Shown here in pieces: positions 33,335-45,324 of a DNA stretch of 64,000 bases (position 1 is the stretch's first letter; each line of letters begins with the position of its first letter). Both the position numbers and the translations under genes were made by a program. Source of the stretch: Halobacteriales archaeon QH_6_64_20. GTDB lineage: Archaea > Halobacteriota > Halobacteria > Halobacteriales > Halococcaceae. The notes under the pieces are model-generated. The model saw nothing but the letters and a program-made list of their open reading frames with translations, did no database searches and had not been told where the DNA came from. The DNA is taken from the NCBI GenBank assembly GCA_003021235.1, contig PXQR01000102.1, positions 2,051 through 66,050 of the forward strand, written 5' to 3'.

Positions 33335-34639
33335 ATGGATCTCTCGGTGGTCGTCCCGACGCTCAACGGCCGGGCCCAACTCACCCGGTGTCTCGACGCG
33401 TTGAGCGAGCACGCCCCCGACGCCGAGATAATAGTGGTGAACGGCCCCTCGACCGACGGGACCACCGGGATGGTGCGCGAGCGCGCCGAAGTCGACGTGC
33501 TCGTCGAGATCGCCGACCGGAACCTCAATGTCGCCCGAAACGCCGGCCTCGACCACGCCCGCGGGGAGTGGGTCGCGTTCGTGAGCGACGAGTACTCGAT
33601 CGAACCTTCCTGGCGATCGGCGGTAGACGAGGCTATCGGCACCGACGAGGCGGACGATGGGCGCGCCTCGCGGCTCGCCGATGCGCTCGTCGATCCGCTC
33701 GCCGGTGCCGGCGCGACCGTTACTGACGCGACGCGGACGGTTCTTACCTATTCGAAACGCCTCGCCGTGCGGGTCAAGGCGGATGACGTGGCCGAGGACG
33801 CCATAGCTGGCGATACCTCGACCGATGACGACACGTTAGTCAACGGTGCTTCGGTCGACGAGGGCACGAGCCCCGACAGCGATGCCGACGATGCAGGAGA
33901 CGGCGAATCGACAGCCCAGGGACAAAAGGGAGAGAGCGAGCAGGACGGGGACGAGGCGAGCGAGGAGCGCGACGGGACCGGAAGCGGGGAGGAAAGCGAA
34001 CGCTCGACGGACGAACTGGCTCGGAGCGATCCCGACGAGCGAGCGGACGGCCTGCCCGCTGTCGTCACGGGCCCGGTACACCGCGAACTCATCGGTGGGA
34101 CGACGACTCAATCCCCCGAGTCCCGGGTCGTCGCCGGCCGCTCGGTCGAATATTTCAACCCCGACAACGTCGCCGTTCGCCGCGACGCGCTCAACGTGAC
34201 CGACGGCTTCGACGAGTACCTCCAGGTCGGTGGTGCCCGGGACCTCGCTCACCGTCTCGCCGCCCGGGAGTACGCCGTAACGTGGAACAGGGGGCTGTGC
34301 GTCCGCGGCGAGTACGGAGCCGACGGGACCGGCCGCGACCTGCGGTGGGACGCCCGCTCGCTGTCCTACCGGCTCGTGAAGAATTACGGCGTCCGCCCAA
34401 CGGTTCTCGGCCGCCTCGCCGAGCGCGCCGCCGGCGACGGGTTCTCGGGAACCCGTGGTGCGGTCCGCGGCGAGCTCAGCATCTCGCAGTGGCTCGCGGC
34501 CGCTCGCGACGTAACAGCGGGCCTTGTCCTTGGCACCGTCGATGGCTTCCGTGCTCGATGGCGCGATCGCGAGCGGCGAAACCCGAACGGACGATCGTCG
34601 CGTGCAGACCGAGCCGTCGAGGTATACGACCGGCGCTAA
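33335..34639 (+). CDS. family 2 glycosyltransferase with large acidic insertion
   Basis: From ATG 33335. LSVVVPTLNGRAQLTRCLDAL...IIVVNGPSTDGT...NVARNAGLDHARGEWVAFVSDE. After about 175 acidic residues it resumes as ...NVAVRRDALNVTDGFDEYL..GGARDLAHRL. Confidence 0.8.
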   Translation: MDLSVVVPTLNGRAQLTRCLDALSEHAPDAEIIVVNGPSTDGTTGMVRERAEVDVLVEIADRNLNVARNAGLDHARGEWVAFVSDEYSIEPSWRSAVDEAIGTDEADDGRASRLADALVDPLAGAGATVTDATRTVLTYSKRLAVRVKADDVAEDAIAGDTSTDDDTLVNGASVDEGTSPDSDADDAGDGESTAQGQKGESEQDGDEASEERDGTGSGEESERSTDELARSDPDERADGLPAVVTGPVHRELIGGTTTQSPESRVVAGRSVEYFNPDNVAVRRDALNVTDGFDEYLQVGGARDLAHRLAAREYAVTWNRGLCVRGEYGADGTGRDLRWDARSLSYRLVKNYGVRPTVLGRLAERAAGDGFSGTRGAVRGELSISQWLAAARDVTAGLVLGTVDGFRARWRDRERRNPNGRSSRADRAVEVYDRR

Positions 34640-34893
34640 ACGGACGAGTCGTCAAACCGATGACTCCGACCGCATGGGTCCCGTGGACCCGCGAACCGGC
34701 GACGTCGATCGCGTGCTCGGTTGGACTCGTGAATCAGTACGGACGGCTCGTTGATCGTCGTCTTCCGACGAAGCGGCGATCGGACGCCCGTGTACGCGCA
34801 CGATGTGAAGACGACGAGAACGACCGGTCACTGATCGAATCGTGGTGGTTTCGCGAACGCTTTTGGGAGCGCCGTGCGTCGTTTCGCCTCGCT

Positions 34894-35934
34894 ATGCAGG
34901 CAGCCAGGCTTCACGAGTACACCGAGGATATGAGCGAGGGACTACAGATCGAGGAGATCAACGAGCCACAGGCCACGGACCCGCACGACGTGCTTCTCGA
35001 CATCGCGGGCGCGGGATGGTGTCGGACGGACAACCACATCATCGAGGGGATGTGGGCCGAGTACGTCCCCCAGGAGTTGCCGATGACGCTCGGCCACGAG
35101 AACGCGGGCGAAGTCATCGACGTCGGCGAGGAGGTCGAGATCGTCAACGAGGGTGACAGCGTGATCTGTCACCCGGTCCAGACCTGCGGGGCCTGTCGGC
35201 CGTGTCGTCTCGGCGAGGACATGTACTGTGAGAACAGCGCGTTCAACGGCCTCACGACCGACGGCGGGTTCGCCGAATACCTCCAGACCTCCGATCGAGC
35301 CGTGATCCCGCTGTCCGACGGCGTCGATCCCGTCGAGATCGCGCCCCACGCCGACGCCGGCATTACGGCGTATCACGCGGTCAAGAAGGCCGTTTCCGAA
35401 CTGAACCCGGGCGACCACGCGATCGTGATCGGGATCGGGGGACTGGGCCACATCGGCCTCCAGTGCCTGCGGGCGATGAGCGCCGCGACGATCACCGCTC
35501 TCGACGTCAAGGACGGGGCGCTTTCGCTCGCCGAGGAGTTAGGTGCCGAACACACGGTGAACTCGGGTAGCGAGGACGTCGCAAGCGAGATCGAATCGAT
35601 TTCGGATGGTGTGGGTGCCGAGCAGGTACTCGATTTCGTGGGTCAGGACGAAACGACGACCCTCGCGGGTGACGTCGTCGCGGCGGGCGGCGACCACCAC
35701 ATCATCGGTTACGGAGGACACGTCCACGAACCTTCCCAGTTGCTCGTCAACGGCGAAATCTCCTTTAGGGGAAATATAGTGGGTAAATACACCGAACTCC
35801 AGGAGCTCGTCGCGCTCGTCGAGCGCGGCGACGTTTCCCTGCGTACCACTCGCCACGGTCTCGACGACGTGAACACGGTCGCCGAACGCCTCGAACACGG
35901 CGAGATCGAGGGTCGTGCGGTCATCACGCCATAG
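34894..35934 (+). CDS. zinc-dependent alcohol dehydrogenase family protein
   Basis: From ATG 34894. GWCRTDNH, GHENAGEV, the CGACRPCRLGEDMYC structural-zinc loop, and the Rossmann motif VIGIGGLGHIG. Confidence 0.9.
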   Translation: MQAARLHEYTEDMSEGLQIEEINEPQATDPHDVLLDIAGAGWCRTDNHIIEGMWAEYVPQELPMTLGHENAGEVIDVGEEVEIVNEGDSVICHPVQTCGACRPCRLGEDMYCENSAFNGLTTDGGFAEYLQTSDRAVIPLSDGVDPVEIAPHADAGITAYHAVKKAVSELNPGDHAIVIGIGGLGHIGLQCLRAMSAATITALDVKDGALSLAEELGAEHTVNSGSEDVASEIESISDGVGAEQVLDFVGQDETTTLAGDVVAAGGDHHIIGYGGHVHEPSQLLVNGEISFRGNIVGKYTELQELVALVERGDVSLRTTRHGLDDVNTVAERLEHGEIEGRAVITP

Positions 35935-36090
35935 ACACCGAATCTCTACCCTACCACATCGCGCATCGATGAGCAGTCTCACCTCTCGGCCTCAACTCGG
36001 CTGGGAGAGATACTCGTTACCAAACTGAGCATCTAAACACCCGCGCCCGGCGGGGTCAGCGTTTTACTGCCGTTCGTCGTAGTTGCTATC

Positions 36091-36762
36091 GTGACACCGC
36101 TCATTCCGGAGAACGTAACGGAGTTCACCGAGAGGATCGGCCCTGACTCGGACGAGGTACTAAAAGAGATGCAACACCACGCTGCCGAAACCGACTTTCC
36201 GATCGTCGGTCCCGCCGTCGGCGGCTGGTTAGCCTTTCTCGCGCGCACGGTCGACGCCCGCCGGGTCTTCGAGTTCGGCTCGGGATTCGGCTACTCGGCG
36301 TACTGGTTCGCTTCGGTACTTCCGCCCGACGGCGAGGTGATCCTCACCGAGATCGATAGCGACGAACTGGATCTCGCTCGCGACTTTCTCGCGGACGGCG
36401 ATCTCGCCGACCGCGCGGTCTTCGAGGAGGGCGACGCGATCGAGATCGTCGACACACACGAGGGACCGTTCGAGGTGGTATTGATCGACAACGAGAAGCA
36501 TCGGTACGTCGAGGCGTTCGAGGCCGTCCGCGGGAAGGTCCCGGTCGGCGGGATGGTGCTCGCGGACAACACGATGCGCGCCGGACCGGTCGTCGACTTC
36601 GACGATCTCCGGGACCTCCTCGCGGGCGGCGATCCCGCGGACAAGAGCGAAGGCACCAGAGGGATCGCGGCGTATATAGAGCGGGTCCGTGCTGACCCCG
36701 AGTTCGAGACGGTGTTACTGGCGCTCGGTAGCGGGGTCGCGGTGAGCTACCGAACCGAGTGA
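36091..36762 (+). CDS. O-methyltransferase (class I SAM-dependent, caffeoyl-CoA OMT-like)
   Basis: GTG start. VFEFGSGFGYSAYWFA and VLIDNEKHRY. Confidence 0.8.
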   Translation: MTPLIPENVTEFTERIGPDSDEVLKEMQHHAAETDFPIVGPAVGGWLAFLARTVDARRVFEFGSGFGYSAYWFASVLPPDGEVILTEIDSDELDLARDFLADGDLADRAVFEEGDAIEIVDTHEGPFEVVLIDNEKHRYVEAFEAVRGKVPVGGMVLADNTMRAGPVVDFDDLRDLLAGGDPADKSEGTRGIAAYIERVRADPEFETVLLALGSGVAVSYRTE

Positions 36763-36858
36763 CGGATCATGGGGCCGGACGCCGGAGTCGGTCTCGGATA
36801 CGCTCGATTCGGGTTCGATCCGGCGTGACCTCCTCGCGAGAACCACGATGACGAGGAT

Positions 36859-37107
36859 CTACGTACTCGTTGCGAGCCAGTCGGGTGCTTCGACCGGGAT
36901 GTCCTCGTTTCGCGTGACCTGCGTCGGGTCGTACCATTCCGTGAAGATCGTATGTGGAACATAGTACTCGGTGTCCTGCCGACGCATCGTCACGCCGTCG
37001 TCGTTGACCCTGACAGCGACGTAGTGGTGTTCCTGACGGTCGTCGTAGAGAACGTCGTCCTTCGTGACTTCCTGTGCCCCTCTCCCGGAGTCGGCTCTCG
37101 ACGCCAT
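36859..37107 (-). CDS. hypothetical small protein (82 aa)
   Basis: Clean acidic ORF (…VLYDDRQEHHYVAVRVNDDGVTMRRQDTEYYVPHTIFTEWYDP…). No family recognised. Confidence 0.5.
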   Translation of the reverse strand: MASRADSGRGAQEVTKDDVLYDDRQEHHYVAVRVNDDGVTMRRQDTEYYVPHTIFTEWYDPTQVTRNEDIPVEAPDWLATST

Positions 37108-37246
37108 CCCAAGGAGCGGGTACCAGCGACCGACGCATAACGCTTGGCTCTCGGGGCTGGCTCGCTCCCGAACTCGGCGCTCGGCCAGGCCCGCACGAGT
37201 CGCCGACTGGCCTAACAGTCATTATTGGTCGGGTAATTTCACTACT

Positions 37247-38911
<1,665 letters not shown>

Positions 38912-39252
38912 CCGAAGCCGAACCGACCGATCGGAACCGAACCGGTTCGACCCGAGCTCTGCCGGCACCGAGCGTACGAACGCGCCGACGACGGGTCGGT
39001 ATCGGAACTCCACCCGCCGATGACCGGCGCTCGCCGATCGACGTAATCGATGGTGGGTTTCTCAGCCGACGAACGTTTAATATCCGTGAGAGTACGGGAC
39101 GGAGAACACTTAAGACGGTGTGTGAGAACATACCCATCGTAGCATCGATGGGAACGACGGATTCACAACGGGCGAGCAGGCCGACGGAAGCGAAGCGGCG
39201 TCACCGATCCGCCGAGAGGCGCTACGACCACGTAATGGAGGACTTCTGACAC

Positions 39253-39885
39253 ATGCAATTCGACGGAACGTTCGAACTCGACGGAACGACGCGCGAAGAG
39301 GTATGGCTCGCGCTCTCCGATCCGGTGTTGGTGCGAAACGCGTTGCCCGGCTGTGAGTTCCTGCTCGAAGTCGACGACGAGAGCCCCGACTTCGACGAAC
39401 TCCGCGAGCGGGCCGCCGAGACCGACGACGAGGAGATATCGATGGACCCGGACGTGATCGCGGAACGCTCGTTCGAGGAGGGTAGCCATTACGCCGCGCT
39501 CATGGAGCTCGGCGTCGGCAGCGTCAAGCCGAGCTTCGAGACTGTCGTGACGATCGCCGAACGCGACTTCCCCGATACGGTCGCGACCGGCGAGGGCGAC
39601 GCGTCGAACAGCTCCTTCGAGATGGAATCGAGCATGCATCTCGCGGAAACCGACGACGGTGTCGGCGTCGAGTGGGCGACCCAGGCGGACGTCTTCGGCC
39701 GCATCGCCCAGATGGGCCAGCGGGTCATCAACCCCGTTGCCAACCGCGTCGTCAAGCGCTTCTTCCAGCGCGTCCAGTCCCAGCTCGACGACTTCGGGGC
39801 CGAAGAACCCGAGACAGCGGCCGACGCGAGCACCGATCCCGAGGCGGGACTGACCGGGAAGATCCGGGACCGAATGGGGATATGA
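39253..39885 (+). CDS. coxG: CoxG-like SRPBCC protein
   Basis: MQFDGTFELDGTTREEVWLALSDPVLVRNALPGCE... and ...GRIAQMGQRVINPVANRVVKRFFQRV. It is the first gene of the cox-like cluster. Confidence 0.8.
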   Translation: MQFDGTFELDGTTREEVWLALSDPVLVRNALPGCEFLLEVDDESPDFDELRERAAETDDEEISMDPDVIAERSFEEGSHYAALMELGVGSVKPSFETVVTIAERDFPDTVATGEGDASNSSFEMESSMHLAETDDGVGVEWATQADVFGRIAQMGQRVINPVANRVVKRFFQRVQSQLDDFGAEEPETAADASTDPEAGLTGKIRDRMGI

Positions 39886-40072
39886 GCGCGAGCGCAAGCA
39901 AAACCACAACCGTGATTCGATCGGACGGAGCCGGATGCGACGATCGTACGTTCACGGCGAAAGCGCGACGGCGGTCGCAACGGCGGCCACGATCGCGAGT
40001 ACGACTACGGTCACGACGGCCCCGACTTCGACGACGATTACAGCGACGACAGCGGCAACGAAACTGACAGCG

Positions 40073-40627
40073 ATGGATACACACGACATCACGCTCACGA
40101 TAAACGGCACCGAACACGACCTCTCGGTCGAACCACGAACCCTCTTAGTCCACGCGTTACGCGACGAGTTGGGCTATACGGGGACGAACGTCGGCTGTGA
40201 GAGCACGCTCTGTGGAGCCTGTACGGTGAACATGGACGGTGACGCGGTGAAGTCCTGTACGATCCTGGCCGTGCAGGCCGACGGCACCGAACTCCGGACG
40301 GTAGAAGGCCTGCGCGAGTCCGGAACCTTCCACCCGATCCAGGAGGGCTTCCAGAAGGAACACGGCCTGCAGTGTGGGTACTGTACGCCCGGCATGATGC
40401 TCGCGGCGACCGACCTACTGGAGGAAAACCCCGATCCCAGCGACGAGGAGATCCGCGAGGGTATCGAGGGTAACCTCTGTCGGTGTACCGGCTATCAGAA
40501 CATCGTTAACGCGGTCGAGTACGCCGCCGAGGAGATGCGCGCGGACGATACCGGTAGCACCGAAACCGCGGCGGCCGACGGCGGCGTCCCGATGACCGAC
40601 TACGAGGCGGTAAAAGAGGAGGACTGA
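40073..40627 (+). CDS. coxS: (2Fe-2S)-binding small subunit of CODH/xanthine dehydrogenase family enzyme
   Basis: From ATG 40073. CESTLCGACTV and CGYCTPGM...NLCRCTGY. Confidence 0.92.
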   Translation: MDTHDITLTINGTEHDLSVEPRTLLVHALRDELGYTGTNVGCESTLCGACTVNMDGDAVKSCTILAVQADGTELRTVEGLRESGTFHPIQEGFQKEHGLQCGYCTPGMMLAATDLLEENPDPSDEEIREGIEGNLCRCTGYQNIVNAVEYAAEEMRADDTGSTETAAADGGVPMTDYEAVKEED

Positions 40628-40631
40628 TCCT

Positions 40632-43109
40632 ATGTCAACCGAGACCGGCGAAACGGAGACGAACGAAGTGGAAACGAGCGAGTCGAGCGAGGTCGCGCTC
40701 GAAGACGTCTTCGGCTCGGCGATCGAACGCCGCGAGGACCCGGCGCTCATCACCGGCGAGGCGGAGTACACCGACGACATCCAGCGCCCGAACATGGCGC
40801 ATATGGCGGTGCTCCGGAGTCAGTACGGCCACGCGAAGATAGAGGACATCGACACGTCGGCCGCCGAGGCGATGGACGGCGTGATCGCCGTCTACACCGC
40901 AACGGACATCGAGGAAGCGGGGACGCCGGGCGACCTGCCTGTCGGGTGGTTGCTCCCGAGCCTCAAGACGCCCTCACATCCGATCCTCGCGGGCGATCGC
41001 GTGCGGTATCAGGGCGACGGCGTCGCGGTCGTCGTCGCCGAGGAACGATACCTCGCACAGGACGCGCTGGACGCGATCGACGTCGAGTACGACCGGCTCG
41101 ATGCGGTCGTCGATCCGAAGGAAGCGGTCGAGGACGACGCGCCGGCGATCCACGAGTGGTCCGAGGACCCGACCGACACCGAGACCGAGGACGACGGCGA
41201 GGCCGAGGAAGTCCCGCCGAACGTGGCCTTCGACTGGGAGATCGGTGACGCCGACGCCACTGACGACGCGTTTGCGAACGCCGCCCACACCGTAGACATT
41301 GACCTCACGAACCAGCGACTGATCCCGAACGCGATGGAGCCCCGGGCCACGGTCGCCGAATACCTGCCCGGCACCGAAGAACTGGAGGTCCACATGACCT
41401 CACAGAACCCCCATCTCCATCGCCAGCTCATGGCGGCAGTGCTCGACGTGCCCGAGCACAAACTCCACGTCGTCGCCCCCGAAGTAGGGGGTGGGTTCGG
41501 TTCGAAGATCCATCACTACCCCGACGAGGCGCTCACCGCGTGGTGTGCGCGGGAGTTAGAGCGGCCGATCAAGTGGACGGCCACGCGGACGGAAACCTAC
41601 CTCACCGACGCCCACGGGCGCGACCACCGAACCCACGCCGAACTCGCGATGGACGAGGAAGGCACCGTGACCGGCATGCGCGTCGATACGTATGCGGGCA
41701 TGGGAGCCTATCTCTCGACGTTCGCGCCGTCGATTCCCACCTACCTGTACGGCACGTTGCTCTCGGGCCAATACGACATCCCGGCGATCCACTGTCAGGT
41801 GACGGGCGCCTTTACCAACGGCGCGCCGGTCGACGCCTACCGCGGAGCCGGTCGCCCGGAGGCGCTGTACGTCGTCGAGCGCCTGATGAACTTGGGTGCG
41901 AAGGAAGTGGGAATGGACCCGGCGGAGTTCCGGCGACACAACTTCATTCCGTCCGACGACTTCCCGCACGAGACGCCCGTCGCCGTCGTCTACGATTCGG
42001 GCGACTACGAACCCGCGCTCGACAAGGCGCTCGATATGCTCGACTACGACGAGTTGCGAGAGCGCCAGGAGGAACTCCGCGAGGAAGGTCGATACCTGGG
42101 AATCGGCTTTTCGAGCTACATCGAGGCCTGTGGGCTCGCGCCATCCGAACTCGCCGGGCAACTCGGCGCACAGGCCGGTCTCTGGGAGTCGGGTGTCGTC
42201 CGCGTCCACCCCTCGGGGAAGGTCACGGCCTTTTGTGGCACCTCGGGCCACGGCCAGGGTCACGAGACGACCTTCGCCCAGATCGTCTCCCGCGAACTCG
42301 GCGTTCCCTACGAGGACATCGAGATCGTCGAGGGCGACACCGACGAGATCCCCCAGGGAATGGGAACCTACGGCTCGCGGTCTGCGGCCGTCGGCGGCAG
42401 TGCGATCGCGACGAGTTCACAGAAGGTCGTCGAGAAGGCGCGCAAGATCGCCGCCCACCAGCTCGAAGCCGCCGAAGACGACCTCGAATTCGAGGGTGGT
42501 GAGTTCTCGGTTTCGGGTGCGCCCGACCGAGCAATGACCATCCAGGAGGTCGCTCAGCAGGCCTATCTGGCACACGACGTTCCCGACGACCTCGAACCCG
42601 GGCTGGAGGAGACCTCGTTTTTCGACCCGGAGAACTTCGTGTTCCCGTTCGGCACGCACGCCGCCGTCGTCGAGGTCGACCCCGAATCGGGCGAGATCTC
42701 CTTCGAACGGTACGCCGCCGTCGACGACGTGGGCAACCAGATCAACCCGAAGATCGTCGAGGGCCAGGTGCATGGCGGGATCGCCCAGGGCGTCGGCCAG
42801 GCGCTGTACGAAGGTGCCGAATACGATTCGAACGGGTCGCTGATGACCGGCTCGATGCAGGACTACGCGGTACCGAAGGCCGAGCACATCCCCGAGATGG
42901 ACACCGACAGCACCGTGACGCCCGCGCCCCAGAACCCGCTGGGAGTCAAGGGCGTCGGCGAGGCAGGCACCATCGCCGCGCCGCAGGCGGTCGTCAACGC
43001 GGTCTGCGACGCCTTGGAACCGTTCGATGTCGACCACATCGACATGCCGATCACCCCCGAGAAGATCTGGAACGCGGCCGAGAACGACGATAGCCAGGAG
43101 GAGATCTGA
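40632..43109 (+). CDS. coxL: molybdopterin-binding large subunit (form-II CoxL-like)
   Basis: 825 aa. The active-site loop reads VDAYRGAGRPEA (the AYRGAGR type), not the VAYRCSFR loop of bona fide CO dehydrogenases. Confidence 0.9.
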   Translation: MSTETGETETNEVETSESSEVALEDVFGSAIERREDPALITGEAEYTDDIQRPNMAHMAVLRSQYGHAKIEDIDTSAAEAMDGVIAVYTATDIEEAGTPGDLPVGWLLPSLKTPSHPILAGDRVRYQGDGVAVVVAEERYLAQDALDAIDVEYDRLDAVVDPKEAVEDDAPAIHEWSEDPTDTETEDDGEAEEVPPNVAFDWEIGDADATDDAFANAAHTVDIDLTNQRLIPNAMEPRATVAEYLPGTEELEVHMTSQNPHLHRQLMAAVLDVPEHKLHVVAPEVGGGFGSKIHHYPDEALTAWCARELERPIKWTATRTETYLTDAHGRDHRTHAELAMDEEGTVTGMRVDTYAGMGAYLSTFAPSIPTYLYGTLLSGQYDIPAIHCQVTGAFTNGAPVDAYRGAGRPEALYVVERLMNLGAKEVGMDPAEFRRHNFIPSDDFPHETPVAVVYDSGDYEPALDKALDMLDYDELRERQEELREEGRYLGIGFSSYIEACGLAPSELAGQLGAQAGLWESGVVRVHPSGKVTAFCGTSGHGQGHETTFAQIVSRELGVPYEDIEIVEGDTDEIPQGMGTYGSRSAAVGGSAIATSSQKVVEKARKIAAHQLEAAEDDLEFEGGEFSVSGAPDRAMTIQEVAQQAYLAHDVPDDLEPGLEETSFFDPENFVFPFGTHAAVVEVDPESGEISFERYAAVDDVGNQINPKIVEGQVHGGIAQGVGQALYEGAEYDSNGSLMTGSMQDYAVPKAEHIPEMDTDSTVTPAPQNPLGVKGVGEAGTIAAPQAVVNAVCDALEPFDVDHIDMPITPEKIWNAAENDDSQEEI

Positions 43110-44008
43110 TGTACCCACCCGAATTCGACTACGAACGCGCCGACAGCGTCGATCACGCCCTCGAACTGATGGACGAACACGCCGGCGAGGAGATCGAACT
43201 CCTCGCGGGCGGCCATAGCCTGCTCCCGACGATGAAGTCCGGGTTGGCGAGTCCCGATGTCCTGATCGACATCGGGCACATCGAGGCGCTACAGGGCGTC
43301 GAAACCAACGGCGATGGCTTCTCGATCGGTGCGCTCGCGAACTACGCCGACGTCGACGACTCGCCAGAGGTCTGGGAGGGCGCGACCGCCTTCGCCGACG
43401 CGACCCACCGCATCGGCGACGTCCAGGTCCGCAATCGAGGGACCGTCGGCGGGAACATCGCCCACGCCGACCCGGCCTCCGATCTCGGCGGCGCGTTGCT
43501 CGCCTCGAACGGGACGGTCGTCGCACAGGGCCCCGACGGCGAGCGCGAGATCCCTGCTGACGATTTTTACTTGGGAATGTACGCGACGGCGCTCGAACCC
43601 GAGGAACTGTTGACACGAATCGAGTTGCCCGAAACCGGCGAGAACGACGTCGGCGCGTACGCGAAGAAGCCCAGTCCCTCGTCGGGCTATCCGATCGTCG
43701 GCGTCGCCGCCGTACTCCACACCGACGGCGAGGAGATCGAGTCCGCGCGGGTGGGCGCGAACAACATCATGGACCACGGCGTTCGGCTGACGCCAACCGA
43801 GGAAGCCCTCGCTGGCGAACCCCTGGAGGAAGAGACGATGGAAGAGGCCGCCGAGGTCGCGACCGACGAGTTGGACGACGTGATGATGATGGAAGACCTC
43901 CAGGCGTCGGCGGAGTTCCGTGCTCAGTTGACCCGCGTCTACACGAAACGCGCACTGCTCGGCGCGCTCGATCGCCTCGAAAGCGCTCCACCGGCTGCCG
44001 CGGACTGA
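43109..44008 (+). CDS. coxM: FAD-binding medium subunit
   Basis: LLAGGHSLLPTMK and RNRGTVGGNIAHADPASD. The start overlaps the coxL stop. Confidence 0.9.
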   Translation: MYPPEFDYERADSVDHALELMDEHAGEEIELLAGGHSLLPTMKSGLASPDVLIDIGHIEALQGVETNGDGFSIGALANYADVDDSPEVWEGATAFADATHRIGDVQVRNRGTVGGNIAHADPASDLGGALLASNGTVVAQGPDGEREIPADDFYLGMYATALEPEELLTRIELPETGENDVGAYAKKPSPSSGYPIVGVAAVLHTDGEEIESARVGANNIMDHGVRLTPTEEALAGEPLEEETMEEAAEVATDELDDVMMMEDLQASAEFRAQLTRVYTKRALLGALDRLESAPPAAAD

Positions 44009-44307
44009 TCGCTCGCCGATCTCTTTCGGTTCGTACTGTCGTGACCGATCGCGGCGATGAACGTATAGTCATCATCGCGAGCGACGTCGACGGCTGTATC
44101 CGGCGTTACCGACGACCGGGTTGCGCGTGTAGCGGGCACGGAGCGCATACGACGATCGCTCGATGGGGGTCCCATCGAGGAATTCGAACCGGTACTGCCG
44201 GCGGCTATCGACCGGGCCGCTTTCCTTTCCCGGCGTTCTACGGCCGGTAGTCCGATGACGATGCTCGCATCGACCCGGAAGCCGGCTTCGAGGGAGAGGG
44301 ATCGACC

Positions 44308-45324
44308 GTGAGCGGTAACGGCGACGAGCGAGCCAAGGCCTTTGCCGATCTCACGACCGCGGACGTACAGGAGGTGTTCGACCGCACGGACTACGTTGCG
44401 GGCGACGACATCGTGACGACCGTGTTGTTGGCGCTACGCCTCGGCAAGCCCCTGCTCGTCGAAGGCGCGCCGGGCGCGGGCAAGACCGAACTCGCGAAGG
44501 TGCTCGCCGAAGGGTTCGACTCGGAGCTGATACGACTCCAGTGTTACGAAGGGCTGGCCGCGGAGAACACGCTCTACGAGTGGAACTACACGAAACAGCT
44601 CTTGAGCGTGCAAGCCGGCGAGCGCACCTCGCCGAGCGTCCCTGACACGGGAACGGAAACCGAAGAGCGCCGAGAGCGAGAGGCCGAGGAGAGCGAGACC
44701 GGTGGCACGTCGGTGTTCGGCGAGGAATACCTCATGGAACGACCGCTGTTGCGCGCGCTGTCGACCGACGGGGAGACGCCGCCCGTTCTTCTGATCGACG
44801 AGGTCGACCGCGCGGACGAGGAGTTAGAGGCGCTGTTGCTCGAAGTCCTCTCGGACTTCCAGGTCTCGATCCCGGAGTTCGGCACTGTCTCAGCAGGGGT
44901 ACCGCCGATCGTCGTGATCACCTCGAATCGCACGCGGGGGCTCTCGGACGCGTTGAAACGCCGGTGTCTGTATCTGCACGTCGAGCCGCCCTCCTACGAG
45001 AAGGAACGGACGATCGTCGACCGGAAGGTCCCCGAGCTCGACGGCGCGGTGGCCGCCGAAGTCTGCGGGGCGACCCACCGCCTGCGCCAGGAACCCCTCT
45101 TGAAGCAACCGGGCGTCGCAGAAACCCTCGATTGGGCGCGTGCCGTCGCCGCTCTCCGAACCGGCGAGAACGGGCAAAAAGACGGGGATCTCACGCCGGC
45201 GGAAATCGAAAACACTCTAGGGTGTTTGCTCAAGGAAGTCGAGGACGTCACCCGCGTCGATTCCGAACTGCTCGAATCGTTGCTCGAATCAGCCCGGGAA
45301 GCCCGGGCGCGCGCCGAGGGATGA
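44308..45324 (+). CDS. coxD: MoxR-family AAA+ ATPase (CoxD-like)
   Basis: Walker A GAPGAGKTELAK and Walker B VLLIDEVDRAD. GTG start. Confidence 0.88.
   Translation: MSGNGDERAKAFADLTTADVQEVFDRTDYVAGDDIVTTVLLALRLGKPLLVEGAPGAGKTELAKVLAEGFDSELIRLQCYEGLAAENTLYEWNYTKQLLSVQAGERTSPSVPDTGTETEERREREAEESETGGTSVFGEEYLMERPLLRALSTDGETPPVLLIDEVDRADEELEALLLEVLSDFQVSIPEFGTVSAGVPPIVVITSNRTRGLSDALKRRCLYLHVEPPSYEKERTIVDRKVPELDGAVAAEVCGATHRLRQEPLLKQPGVAETLDWARAVAALRTGENGQKDGDLTPAEIENTLGCLLKEVEDVTRVDSELLESLLESAREARARAEG

Noticed and set aside
39881-40067. 61-codon Arg-rich ORF whose ATG overlaps the coxG stop (ATATGA) and which ends just before coxS
   Set aside because: The third codon positions are A-rich, which is uncharacteristic of coding sequence here, and the product would be extremely basic. 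I treat it as a by-product of the triplet-periodic spacer.
42417-43616. Long Arg/Pro/Ser-rich ORFs antisense to or overlapping real genes (also for example 51323..52924, 58471..59544, 18301..19032, 18518..19951, 37607..39013, 51297..52379)
   Set aside because: These are typical high-GC artefacts. Their composition is non-halophilic and basic. They overlap genes with clear family motifs on the other strand or frame, and they have no start-site context.
44308-45324. MoxR-type AAA+ ATPase as a stand-in for the missing gvpN
   Set aside because: It lies 16 kb from the gvp cluster, is start/stop-coupled to a VWA (CoxE-like) partner and is embedded in the cox-like operon. This is the standard CoxD-CoxE pair.
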